From positions 1,862 through 65,861 of the forward strand of contig JAXLQI010000007.1 in the NCBI GenBank assembly GCA_046331685.1: 64,000 nucleotides of DNA. The letters are read 5' to 3'. Below are positions 27,908-37,400 of the stretch, piece by piece. The notes below the pieces were generated by a model. It ran no database searches. It was not told the DNA's origin and was given only the letters and a program-made list of their open reading frames with translations. The DNA is from Candidatus Micrarchaeia archaeon. Lineage in GTDB: Archaea > Micrarchaeota > Micrarchaeia > Anstonellales > Bilamarchaeaceae. Within the stretch, counting starts at the first letter, position 1. Every line of letters starts with the position of its first letter. Made by a program: the position numbers and the translations under genes.

Positions 27908-29224
27908 ATGTACGAAGTCTGGGGCGGGTATGCGCTCCTGCCTGGCCGGGCGGAGAGGGACATATCCATAGCGATCGATGGGAACCGCATCGCCGGGATA
28001 GGCCCGAGGAAGGAGATGCGGAAAAAATACGGGTTCGATGACTCTGTCGGGTCATCATCCTCAATCATATGCCCCGGCTTCATCGATACCCACCTCCACA
28101 GCTTCCAGATAATGACCCGCGGGCTGACTTCCGACCGGAGCCTGCTCGACTGGCTGAAAAGATATATCTGGAAGTGGGAAGGTGAGCTGACGAGGGAAGA
28201 GGCGCGCGCATCGGCCGAACTCGCCTACCTCGAACTGCTCAGGAGCGGTGTGACGGCATTCGTGGATTACACTTCCGTCCGCCATACCGAAGAGGCTTTC
28301 GCCGCAGCGAAAAACATCGGGATGCGCGCATATATCGGCAAGACCATGATGGACCGGGAGTCCCCGGCATCCCTCGAGGAGGATACCGACACCTGCCTCC
28401 GCGGGGCACGGAAACTGATCGGCAGATGGCACGGGAGCGAGGGCGGGAGGCTCCAGTGCTGCCTGAGCCCGCGCTTCGGCATGACTTCGAGCGATTCGCT
28501 CCTCCAAGGCTGCCGCGAGATACTCGATGAGCACGACCTGATCTTCACAACGCATGCAAACGAGAACCGGTCCGAGGTCGCGAAAGACATGCTCTCACCA
28601 GGGAAATGGACGGGGAAGACCTCGGTGGCCAGGCTCGCGCGGCACGGCCTCCTGGGAAGGAAGGCTCTGCTCGCGCACTGCGTGTGGCTGGATAAACCCG
28701 ATCTTGAGCGGATAGCGCGGAGCGGCGCAAGCGTCTCCCACTGCCCGGGATCCAACATGATGCTCGCGAGCGGCTGCGCCCCGCTCGGGCGGATGCGGCG
28801 GAGAGGGGTGAACGTCTGCCTGGGAAGCGACATGGGCGCCTACTACAACATGAGCATGTTCGAACAGATGAGGCTTTCAGTGCTTCTTCAGAAGGTTTCG
28901 GCCCTGGATCCCCGTTCCATGGATCATGGGGCGGCTTTCAGCATGGCCACCGAGAACGGGGCGAAGGCCCTTTCCCTGGACCATGGACTGCGGAAAGGGG
29001 CGGTGGCCGACATATGTATGCTCTCGCCGAGGAGGTTCGCCCCGCTGAACGATATCAAGGCCCAGATCGTCTACTGCGCGCAGCCGGCGGACGTGCACAC
29101 CGTAATCTGCGACGGGAAGGTGCTGATGAGGGATGGCCAGGTCATCGTGGCCGACGAGGAGAGGGTGATAAGGAGGGCAGAGGAGATCAGGGGCGTCCGA
29201 TGCGCGCTAGAGCGAGGCCGATGA
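27908..29224 (+). CDS. Amidohydrolase of the MTA/SAH-deaminase / chlorohydrolase family
   Basis: PGFIDTHLHS metal-binding HxH. HCPGSNMM and GSDMGA motifs typical of MtaD/guanine-deaminase-like enzymes. Confidence 0.6.
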   Translation: MYEVWGGYALLPGRAERDISIAIDGNRIAGIGPRKEMRKKYGFDDSVGSSSSIICPGFIDTHLHSFQIMTRGLTSDRSLLDWLKRYIWKWEGELTREEARASAELAYLELLRSGVTAFVDYTSVRHTEEAFAAAKNIGMRAYIGKTMMDRESPASLEEDTDTCLRGARKLIGRWHGSEGGRLQCCLSPRFGMTSSDSLLQGCREILDEHDLIFTTHANENRSEVAKDMLSPGKWTGKTSVARLARHGLLGRKALLAHCVWLDKPDLERIARSGASVSHCPGSNMMLASGCAPLGRMRRRGVNVCLGSDMGAYYNMSMFEQMRLSVLLQKVSALDPRSMDHGAAFSMATENGAKALSLDHGLRKGAVADICMLSPRRFAPLNDIKAQIVYCAQPADVHTVICDGKVLMRDGQVIVADEERVIRRAEEIRGVRCALERGR

Positions 29225-30398
29225 GCAAGAAGCCGGGCAGGCAGGGCGATGAAGCACCTGGCTTCTGCGCGCCGTCCGAGACCCCGTCCGACCCCAGGAC
29301 CTTCTCGTCTTTCGCGTCGTTGAAGGACGCGGTCATCGGAAGATCATAGAGGAACCGGTTCTGGAAGAGGGACTGGTTTATGCCCTGGTATTTATGCACC
29401 ACCGAGGATGGCCGGAGGAGGAGGATCGAGGACTGCTCGCCCCCGTATCCGTCCGGGACCTGGAAGGAATACGAGCCGAAGACGTATTCAGGCCGATCGT
29501 TCCGTATCGCGACGTCGGCGACATGGCTGTCTCGGTCGACGCTCACCGTGACATTCACGCCTTTGCTATCAGGGGTGGCGAATCGAAGGGCCAGGCGGTC
29601 ATCGACGGATATCTGCGCGTCCTTGTCCTTGGAGAGCAGGATGTCGTATGTGCCCGACTGGTCAGGCCCGTAGTGCATCCCGAAATGGGTGTCATCGAGG
29701 ATGCCGACCTGCCCGAAAGTAGGGTCGGCAGGAAGCCATCCGTAGCCAGGGATATAGATCTCCGCCCATGCATGCGCCTGCCAGGCGTTCGCGAACACGT
29801 AGCCGCTCACATAGCGGGTATCGAAACCGAGCGAGCGTGCCATTGATATGAGGAGGTGGGTGTATTCGACGCATACTCCCCGCCTTTCAGTTATGACATC
29901 CCTGGCTGCCCGGACACGGCCCCAGTAGGATATGTCGTAGGTGACATTGGAGTGCACCCAGTTCACGAGATTCGCGATGCTCGCGAGGGAGGAGTCCTCG
30001 CGGCCGAGCATCCCGGCCTGCGCACGGATCGCCTGATCCGGTTCGGTGAGGTTCGAGCTTTCGAGGCGCCCTCCCGGGACCGGATGGTCGGCGGTGATAT
30101 TGGTGTCGTAATCGATATCCACCACAGAGTCGGCACGGAGCACGGTCCGATTCTCCCCTGATCCCTGGAAATGGACCCAGACGACCCCGTCAGGGTCCGT
30201 AGTGACCTCGGCCTGGGGGTCGGTGATCACCGAGACGATCCGCTGGTTCGAGTTGTTTATGCCGATGGAGGCCGTGAGGTCGTAATCGCTTCCATCGCTC
30301 TGGATCGTCCATGTCCGCTCGATCGACAAGCGCGAATATCCGAAGCTGTTCGCCAGAGCAAGGCCAGAGAGCAGGAGGATGATGAACAGCCGCCTCAT
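29187..30398 (-). CDS. Secreted transglutaminase-like cysteine protease domain protein with PGF-CTERM-type anchor
   Basis: Signal peptide MRRLFIILLLSGLALA. Transglutaminase-like core GVCVEYTHLL...HAWAEIYIPGYGWLPADPT (Cys/His/Asp). C-terminus ...PGASSPCLPGFLLIGLALARIGRP. The start overlaps the purD stop (ATGA). Confidence 0.65.
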   Translation of the reverse strand: MRRLFIILLLSGLALANSFGYSRLSIERTWTIQSDGSDYDLTASIGINNSNQRIVSVITDPQAEVTTDPDGVVWVHFQGSGENRTVLRADSVVDIDYDTNITADHPVPGGRLESSNLTEPDQAIRAQAGMLGREDSSLASIANLVNWVHSNVTYDISYWGRVRAARDVITERRGVCVEYTHLLISMARSLGFDTRYVSGYVFANAWQAHAWAEIYIPGYGWLPADPTFGQVGILDDTHFGMHYGPDQSGTYDILLSKDKDAQISVDDRLALRFATPDSKGVNVTVSVDRDSHVADVAIRNDRPEYVFGSYSFQVPDGYGGEQSSILLLRPSSVVHKYQGINQSLFQNRFLYDLPMTASFNDAKDEKVLGSDGVSDGAQKPGASSPCLPGFLLIGLALARIGRP

Positions 30399-31696
30399 CC
30401 TCTCCCCCGCAATCCCTTCATCCTCGAGACTTTGCTTTCGATGAGGGCTTTCGTCCCGATATCGCTCCGGTGCCATAGCGGGCCCTTCACGAATCCGCAC
30501 GCCTTCTCAGCGGAGCGCTCGGCATCATCGAGAGACGGGGCGCGGCCCACGATCCCGACGGCACGCGAGCCGGTGGTCAGGATCCGGCCCTTGTCCTCGT
30601 AGACCGACGCGTAATATGCCCGCGCCCTTGAGGAACGTATCCCATCGTCGTTCACTGTGAACTGCGCATCCTTGACCGGAGCGTCCGGATATCCCTTGGG
30701 GACGAGATATTTGACCACGGTGCAGTCGCGCGAGAAATCCGCTTGCCTGAGCTTCCCCTCAGCCATCGAGAGGAAGATCTCTGAAAGGGAGCCTTCGAGG
30801 AGCGTGAGGACGTTCATGGCTTCCGGATCCCCGAAACGGGCATTGAATTCGATGACCCGGACGCCGTCCGCGGTCGCCATGAACTGGCCATAGAGGATGC
30901 CGTGGAACGGGACCCCCTCTTCCTTCATGGCTCCGGCCACGGACCGGATAATCGAAACGGCCGAATCAAGGTCCCCCTGCCCGAGGAACGGCAGGAGCCG
31001 TCCCGTAGAATAGCTCCCCATCCCCCCGGTGTTCGGGCCCAACTCGCCCTCGTACGCCCTCTTGTGGTCCTGCACAGGAGGCATCGGGGAGACATTCGCC
31101 CCGTCGCAGAAAGCCTGGAGTGTGAACTCCTCGCCTACCAGCTTCTCCTCGACCAGGACGGCCCTGTCCTTCTCGAGGAGGGACCTGGCATAGGCGAGGC
31201 CGTCCTCCACCTCGGTGAAATGATCGCCGCTGACCTTCACCCCCTTGCCGCCGGTGAGCCCGAGCGGCTTGATCGCGACTTCCCCCATGCCGCGGATCGC
31301 AGAATAAGCCGAATCCATGTCCCGTGCCACGACATGCCGCGCAGAGCCTTTGATCCGGTGCCTCTCGAGCAGGCCCCGCATGTACGATTTGTCCCATTCT
31401 ATCCTCGCGGCAGCCCTCGTGGGCGATGCGACCGGCATCCCTGCTTTCACGAGCACGTCGCTCGCCCCGGCCGCAAGCGCGCCGTCCGGGCTCGCGAAAC
31501 CGAGGTCGAACCGCTTGCCGCTGATAGCACGCCCGATGGCTGAAGGGTCCTCTATATCGCATATCCAGTGCTCTTTGGCTAATGACGCGATCGCGGGATT
31601 CTTCTTGGACATGAGGGCATAGAGTTCGCAGTCTGAGGACAGCCTCTCGGCTATGATGTGCTCCCGTGCCCCATTGCCGATAAGCAGCGCTTTCAT
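30395..31696 (-). CDS. purD: Phosphoribosylamine--glycine ligase
   Basis: 433 aa, collinear with PurD ATP-grasp enzymes. Confidence 0.85.
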   Translation of the reverse strand: MKALLIGNGAREHIIAERLSSDCELYALMSKKNPAIASLAKEHWICDIEDPSAIGRAISGKRFDLGFASPDGALAAGASDVLVKAGMPVASPTRAAARIEWDKSYMRGLLERHRIKGSARHVVARDMDSAYSAIRGMGEVAIKPLGLTGGKGVKVSGDHFTEVEDGLAYARSLLEKDRAVLVEEKLVGEEFTLQAFCDGANVSPMPPVQDHKRAYEGELGPNTGGMGSYSTGRLLPFLGQGDLDSAVSIIRSVAGAMKEEGVPFHGILYGQFMATADGVRVIEFNARFGDPEAMNVLTLLEGSLSEIFLSMAEGKLRQADFSRDCTVVKYLVPKGYPDAPVKDAQFTVNDDGIRSSRARAYYASVYEDKGRILTTGSRAVGIVGRAPSLDDAERSAEKACGFVKGPLWHRSDIGTKALIESKVSRMKGLRGRG

Positions 31697-31706
31697 CGAA
31701 TCACGC

Positions 31707-31886
31707 CTATTTCTTCTTTCCCCCGAACAGCTCGCCGACGGTGTCTTTGAACGATTTCTTGAGCGGCTGCTTGATGATGAAGGAGCGGAGGTTGGGGTAC
31801 TGACGCAGGAGCTCGAAGGCGAAGATGTACTCGCTCCGGTGCTCTTCCTGGAGCTCCTTCACCGTTTTCTTCGGCCCTTTCTTCAT
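31707..31886 (-). CDS. Small basic hypothetical protein (59 aa)
   Basis: MKKGPKKTVKELQEEHRSEYIFAFELLRQYPNLRSFIIKQPLKKSFKDTVGELFGGKKK. Its ATG overlaps the TGA of the upstream gene (ATGA). GGAGG lies 8 nt upstream. Stop is 10 nt before purD. Confidence 0.35.
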   Translation of the reverse strand: MKKGPKKTVKELQEEHRSEYIFAFELLRQYPNLRSFIIKQPLKKSFKDTVGELFGGKKK

Positions 31887-32587
31887 TCGAACCGCCTCCG
31901 TATGAATCCTTCCCGGATGAGCATGTTTAGGCCTTCCTCTGCCCTGGTCACCGCCACCGAGTTGGCTTTGGAGAATTCGCGCACATCTATCGTGCCCCCA
32001 TGGACCTTGATCCAGTTGTAGAGGGACTCCTTGAGCAGGTCGTCCCCCATCCCGGTGAGGGTGTTGAGCTTCTTAGCGAGCTCGTCCCTCTTCCTCTCGC
32101 ATTCGAGCAGTATCCTGGTATTGGCCTCGCTTGAGCGGAGGAGGTCCTCGTATTTCGAGCTCATGTCGTTGAACTTGGACTGGAGCTCGGTGAGCTGGGT
32201 CGAGAACTCGAGGGCGTCGCGGTCGATGATCTTCGCCGCCTCGCCGAGGAGGGAATTGATATGGGTGAATATGCTCGCAGGCCGAATCGCATAGTAGTCT
32301 TCGGCGACCTGGAGGATATTGAGGAACGTGGGCATCAGCTCGAGGAGACGGGAGATCCTGCTCCTTTTGGCTGAGAAGGTGTAGGTGAACTCGATCGAGT
32401 CGGCCTTGAACTCCACCATGTACTCGAGATATGGCTTGCCCTGCAGGTCGGTCCCTTTTATCTTCTCGACCGACAGCGCGTTCTTGGAATACGAGATCTT
32501 CGTGAAACCGAGGCCGCTCAGCAGGCTAGCGAGGCTCTTGAGCGGATTCTTCTGTTTCGCATCTACGATTATCTTCTCCTCAGACAT
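31883..32587 (-). CDS. Hypothetical protein with coiled-coil middle and possible C-terminal winged-helix DNA-binding domain
   Basis: ATG at 32587 (MSEEKIIV) preceded by a GGAGG ribosome-binding site. C-terminal LYNWIKVHGGTIDVREFSKANSVAVTRAEEGLNMLIREGFIRR is wHTH-like. The tandem-repeat/palindrome region is immediately upstream. Confidence 0.4.
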   Translation of the reverse strand: MSEEKIIVDAKQKNPLKSLASLLSGLGFTKISYSKNALSVEKIKGTDLQGKPYLEYMVEFKADSIEFTYTFSAKRSRISRLLELMPTFLNILQVAEDYYAIRPASIFTHINSLLGEAAKIIDRDALEFSTQLTELQSKFNDMSSKYEDLLRSSEANTRILLECERKRDELAKKLNTLTGMGDDLLKESLYNWIKVHGGTIDVREFSKANSVAVTRAEEGLNMLIREGFIRRRFE

Positions 32588-32588
32588 G

Positions 32589-32764
32589 AAACTTTCCTCC
32601 AAACTTTCCTCCTATTGAACCCCGGTAAAAGTTTGATCAAACTTCAGCCGGTAATACATATCCTCGAGATTCCTCCAAACTTTCCTCCTATTGAACCCCG
32701 GTAAAAGTTTGATCAAACTTCAGCCGGTAATACATATCCTCGAGATTCCTCCAAACTTTCCTCC
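32589..32764. repeat. 76-bp tandem direct repeat (2.3 copies) with embedded 16-bp perfect palindrome and 12-mer micro-repeats
   Basis: Unit tcctccaaactttcctcctattgaaccccggtaaaagtttgatcaaacttcagccggtaatacatatcctcgagat starts at 32595 and 32671, with a partial copy at 32747. The palindrome AAGTTTGATCAAACTT is at 32629..32644 and 32705..32720. The 12-mer aaactttcctcc (reverse complement GGAGGAAAGTTT) occurs at 32589, 32601, 32677 and 32753. Confidence 0.85.
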
Positions 32765-32802
32765 AATAATTTTCCGGTGGCCGACGGACCCCTCCGGACA
32801 TC

Positions 32803-34407
32803 TCAGACATTCCCTTCCTCCAAAACCACGTTCACGACCCCTTTCGTGGCCTTCCTCATGCGGACGAGCGAGAAAACAGCGATGAGGTTCTTCTCATCGA
32901 TCCCGAGCTGGCGGAGGAAGGATATTATCGACGGCTTGGAGTATCCGAATTTCTCCAGCACCGCCACAAGCTGCTCTCCGTCCAGGAGGCCGTCCCCCTT
33001 CTCGAACTCGCCTTTGATAAGGTTCAGCTGGCCTTCGGTCAGGCCCATCTCGTAAAGCATCCGCACGAACTGCTCGCGTTCTATCTCGACAATCATTTCC
33101 CCACCTTTTATCTTGTAGATGAGAAGGGGCTCCTCCCCGTCTATCTTGTCCATGAGAAAGGTCATGACCTTGGTCTGCCTCTCCGCGAAGATCATGTTGA
33201 CGGCGGCGTCGCCGACACCGAACTTTGATATCTCCCCGTCTATGAAGCTCGAATACCCTATGGAATTGCGGACATAGTCGCGGAACTCCTTGAGGATGAG
33301 ACGGAGCACGAACACCGAGCCTATGTTGCTGAAGATAGTCTTGTGCATGTCCGTCGGGTTCTGGGTGGCTATGACGAGCGAGAAGTTGTACTTGCGCCCT
33401 TCCCGGACGATCGTGATGACATCGCTCCGCTCGTCCTGCGCGATCTTCCAGGCCTCATCAAGAACGACGAAGAGCCTCACGTGCTTGTTGTCCTTCTGCA
33501 TCCCTTCGAGGCGCATCAGCTCCTTGATATACTGTAGGATCGTCAGGCCCGCGAGGCTGCGCATCTCCTCGCTCGGCAGCTCGTGGAGGTCGATGCAGAC
33601 GAGCCCTGAGCTCGTGAGCTTCTTGATGTCCATCGTCGAAGTGCCTGCGAAGAAATCCGACCCTTCGGCCGTGAAGCGCTTGAGGAGCCTTGCCGCCTTC
33701 TTCTTGCCCCATTTCTCCAGGACCCAGACGACATTCGAGAGCGTGGGCTTCTCTACCCGCCCGTCCTTGGCCAGCTCGACAAGGACATCCTTCACGTCGC
33801 CTGCCTTGAGCTTGCCCGCAGACTTCTTCATGCGCTTCTCGGCCTCGACCAGCTTGAGGTTCTCCTTGAGCGTCGGGTGGGCTGTGCCTGCCTTGTAATA
33901 GACGTATTCCAGGGCCTCCTCTATGTCGTCCCTCTCGTTCGGGTAGCTTTTCAGGTCCAGAAGGACGTCTAGGGCGGAGACTATCTGCTTGATCCGGCTC
34001 CGTTTCGGAAGCCCGACAAGGTCCAGTATGTTCAGCCTCTCCCTGGCGAGGTTGATGACGCGCCCTCCGGCCTGCCTCACCCATGTGTCATACTCGCCCA
34101 CCCAGTCGAGGATGATGGCGTTGGTGTCCCAGATCAGGGATGCCCTTGTGAGGAATGTCTTGACCGTGTATGATTTTCCCGAACCTGTGATCCCGATGAT
34201 CGCGATATGCGGATTGATGAGCTTGCTCGGATCCCAGAACACAGGCGTGCGGAGGAAGCGCGTCTTCCCGATATAGACTCCCTGCGTAGGGGGCGAGAGG
34301 AGGAGCTCCTTCCGTGGCTCTGGAGGATGCACAAGTATCATCTTGCGCGCGACCTCTTTGGAAAGCATGTAGGAAGATTTCAGGCCCATCTTTGCGCCCC
34401 ACCTCAT
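32803..34407 (-). CDS. HerA/FtsK/VirB4-superfamily (DUF87-like) P-loop ATPase
   Basis: Walker A IAIIGITGSGKSYTVK. Walker B LFVVLDEAWKI. FSLVIATQNP. There is a short N-terminal region before the P-loop, a large K/E-rich helical insertion and a ~110-aa C-terminal extension. Confidence 0.65.
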   Translation of the reverse strand: MRWGAKMGLKSSYMLSKEVARKMILVHPPEPRKELLLSPPTQGVYIGKTRFLRTPVFWDPSKLINPHIAIIGITGSGKSYTVKTFLTRASLIWDTNAIILDWVGEYDTWVRQAGGRVINLARERLNILDLVGLPKRSRIKQIVSALDVLLDLKSYPNERDDIEEALEYVYYKAGTAHPTLKENLKLVEAEKRMKKSAGKLKAGDVKDVLVELAKDGRVEKPTLSNVVWVLEKWGKKKAARLLKRFTAEGSDFFAGTSTMDIKKLTSSGLVCIDLHELPSEEMRSLAGLTILQYIKELMRLEGMQKDNKHVRLFVVLDEAWKIAQDERSDVITIVREGRKYNFSLVIATQNPTDMHKTIFSNIGSVFVLRLILKEFRDYVRNSIGYSSFIDGEISKFGVGDAAVNMIFAERQTKVMTFLMDKIDGEEPLLIYKIKGGEMIVEIEREQFVRMLYEMGLTEGQLNLIKGEFEKGDGLLDGEQLVAVLEKFGYSKPSIISFLRQLGIDEKNLIAVFSLVRMRKATKGVVNVVLEEGNV

Positions 34408-34447
34408 TAATCATTCTTCTCGATGATATATAAACTTGCGCCGGCGC

Positions 34448-37400
34448 TCACTTCTTCTCCTTCCTACGCCTGTAGTAGAGGAAAGCCAGTATGACCAGGA
34501 TGACAGCGATCAGGAGCCAGACCGGCCAGATTTCAAGGGGCGAGGAGACGGCTGGCTTCCCTTGATCCCCAGAGGCGGATCTCGGCAGGACGTTGATGAA
34601 GACCTCCTTCACCACCTTGCCGTCCTTGAGCAGCGTGACCTTTATCTTGCCGCTGATCGAAGCCGGAACCTGGACGTTCCCGTTCTCGTCAGGAGCCGCA
34701 TCGAATTCCCTGCCGTCAGGCGTGGTGATCTTCGCCGTGCAGTTCTGGCCGGGCCCGCATGCCTTGTCGTTCTCGGTCAGCAGGCAGGTCTTGTTGTCGC
34801 CCACTACCGCGGTCGAGGGGCAGGTTATGTCATTGGAAAGGCACTTGTGCTCGACGCAGGACCTGCCCTGGGGGCACTGGGGGCAACCGGATTCGTTCCC
34901 GCATTCATAGCCATATGGAACGAACCTGTGGCCTTTCGCCGCGCCGCACTGCCCGGTGATGTCCCTGCATGCGCCGCCGGCGGCTCCGGGAGGTATGTCG
35001 CATGCCTGGCTGTCCTTGCACTGGGCATCCGAGGTGCATCCGAAAGACTCCTTGCATTTGTGGTCAGGAGAGCAGGCCTGGCCGGATGGGCACATCGAAT
35101 CCGAGCAGCATCCGAACGCGAGGCAGGCATGGCCGGTTATAACGCCGCAGGGACAGCTCACCGGGATGCACTGGCCTCCGGTGCAGCTTTTCTCCGAAGG
35201 GCATTCCGAATCGTTGGCGCAGGCCGGGAGGCATTCCGCGCACGATAAGAGAGCTGCTGATGCGGATGCGGAGTAGTATCCGCTTCCCGAAGCGTGGATC
35301 GTCACCGTCTTGCCGCAGCCGTCGAAAGATGCCTTTCCGCCGCCGTCGGTAGGGCCGATTGGATCGCCGTCGACCTTGACGTCGATGCCTGCGATCGGGC
35401 TGCCAGAGCTCCTCACCGTCACGGTGTTGCCGGAGCAGGAGCTGTTGATGGAAAGCGAGAGCGAGCCGGAGTTCTCCCCGCCGCCCTGAGGAGGCAGGAT
35501 GAACAGGCCGTAGATGTCATCGGCTGTGATGTTCGAAAGGGCCGGAGCCGAGAGGGTGTTGGAAGGGGCCGCGAGAGCCTGGCCCGGCGTGACCAACCAT
35601 CCGCTCATATTCCAGGTATAGAGCTGGATCGAATCCTCGGTCTGACCGGACGCCTCGAGATCGCTCCAATGGAACGCGAGGGAGTCTATGGCCGGCTCTC
35701 CGGTGAAATTGACCTTTAGGTATTTCCCAGCGAACGATGAGCGGTTCTCCGGAGACTGGCCGGGGGACGACGTGTCGTTGATCTGGTAGCCGCCGTTGAG
35801 CGTGTCGTTGAGCGAGATGTTGACAGATCCCGAGCCGAGCTTCGAGTTCACTATCCGCAGGAGAGGGGAACCGGTGAATGGCTTGGACTCCGCTATCTCC
35901 CAGCCGTTCCCGTAGAACCATGAATTGTAGATCCATGTCGCCGTGACGTTCGCACCCTTCTCGTAGATGCCAAACGCGTTCTGGTAGGCGGTGTTGTTCA
36001 AGAAGGTCGTGTTCCTGCTCATGTTCACCAGGTAGCCTGCATCGGCATTGTCATGCGCGATGTTCCCGATCAGGCTGTTGTTGGTCGAGAGGCCGCTCCC
36101 GGGCGACGGGGGCGGAGGGGGCGGGGCGAGGGATCCGCTCCGCAGGCGGAGAAGAGGCGCGGAGAGGCTCGCTGACCGCGGCCCCTTCACTGATATCCCG
36201 CAGTCGACCGGGCAGGTGATGAATGTCTCCCCGAGGAGGGGCTCGCAGATGAAGTTCCCGCAGGAGCTGCCTCCGGAAGTCGAGTTGGTCCCGTGGAGGA
36301 GGAATCCGTTCCTGGAGTTGGAGTATGCAGTGTTGCCGCTCAAGCTGTTGTTGCTCGCGATGAAAAGCTCGAAGCCGTTCATCGCGTTCTGGTAGGCGGT
36401 GTTCCCGGCGAGCAGATTGTTGTGCGCATTGCCTCCCGAAGTCGGGGGCGCCGGGGAGAGGCTGGCGGTCGTCCGCGCCGGGGCTGTGAAGATCGGCGGG
36501 GCGCTCGAATTCGACCCTTCGAGGAAGAAGCCGTCCCTGGCATTGCCGTACGCCGTGTTGCCGGAAAGGTTGTTATTGTCGCTTATGAAGAGGTGGAAGC
36601 CGTTCATGGAGTTGTTGCGGGCGGTGTTGCCGGACAGCGAATTATGGGAGGTGATCAGGACCGGGCTGTCGTTCACCAGGAAGCCGTCCTTGCTGTTCTG
36701 GTAGGCAGAGTTGCCGTCCAGGCTGACGAAGGAGCTGGAAAGCACGGCGAACCCGTTCCCGCCGTTGGAGTAGGCCGTGTTCCCGCTGATGTTGTTGTTA
36801 TTAGAGACGAGAAGCTGGAGGCCTCCTGCAGAATTGTTGTAGATGGAATTCCCGGTGATGTTGTTCGCCGGGCTGAACTGCAGGTTGAGGCCCAGGTTGC
36901 TGTTGCCGTGGATGTTGTTCTGCCTGATGGCGCTGGACGAGACGAACTGCAAAAGGAACGGCAACGAGCCTGTCATGTTGGTGATATTGTTGCCCGATAT
37001 TATGTCAGATGATTCCGATGAGGCGATCAATCCGACGTTAGGGCATGAAGAGAGGTAGTTGTCCGTGAAATTATTGAAGGAGCTGCTGAGGAGGTAAACG
37101 CACGCGTCGCTGTTGTTGTAGATAGTGTTGAGGGTGAGGCCGTTGCCATCCGAGCCGCTCTGGAGCCTGAGGCCGCCGATGTTGGAGTAGATCTGGGAGC
37201 CTGATACCGTGTTCCCGTCGCTGTCGGTGAGGAAGATGCCGACCCGGTCATCGTGGGCGATATTGCCGGCAAGGTTATTGCCGTCGCTATTGTCCAGGTA
37301 GAATCCGCCGTCGAAGAACCCCGGGCCCGAGTTTGAGAATGCCGAGTTGCCGGAAAGGTTATTGCCGCCGCTGGAATGCAGATAGAATCCCCTCGCATTG

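Noticed and set aside
32589-32764. Tandem repeat considered as a possible mini-CRISPR array
   Set aside because: Only 2.3 contiguous 76-bp units with no unique spacers between them, no cas genes in the window, and the repeat contains palindrome/ribosome-binding-site elements typical of a duplicated promoter region.
32803-34407. HerA-like ATPase as the missing partner of the NurA-like gene at 697..1656
   Set aside because: The genes are 32 kb apart on different operons, and the ATPase has a short N-terminus before the P-loop rather than the HerA N-terminal barrel domain. Its neighbours are membrane proteins, not mre11/rad50.
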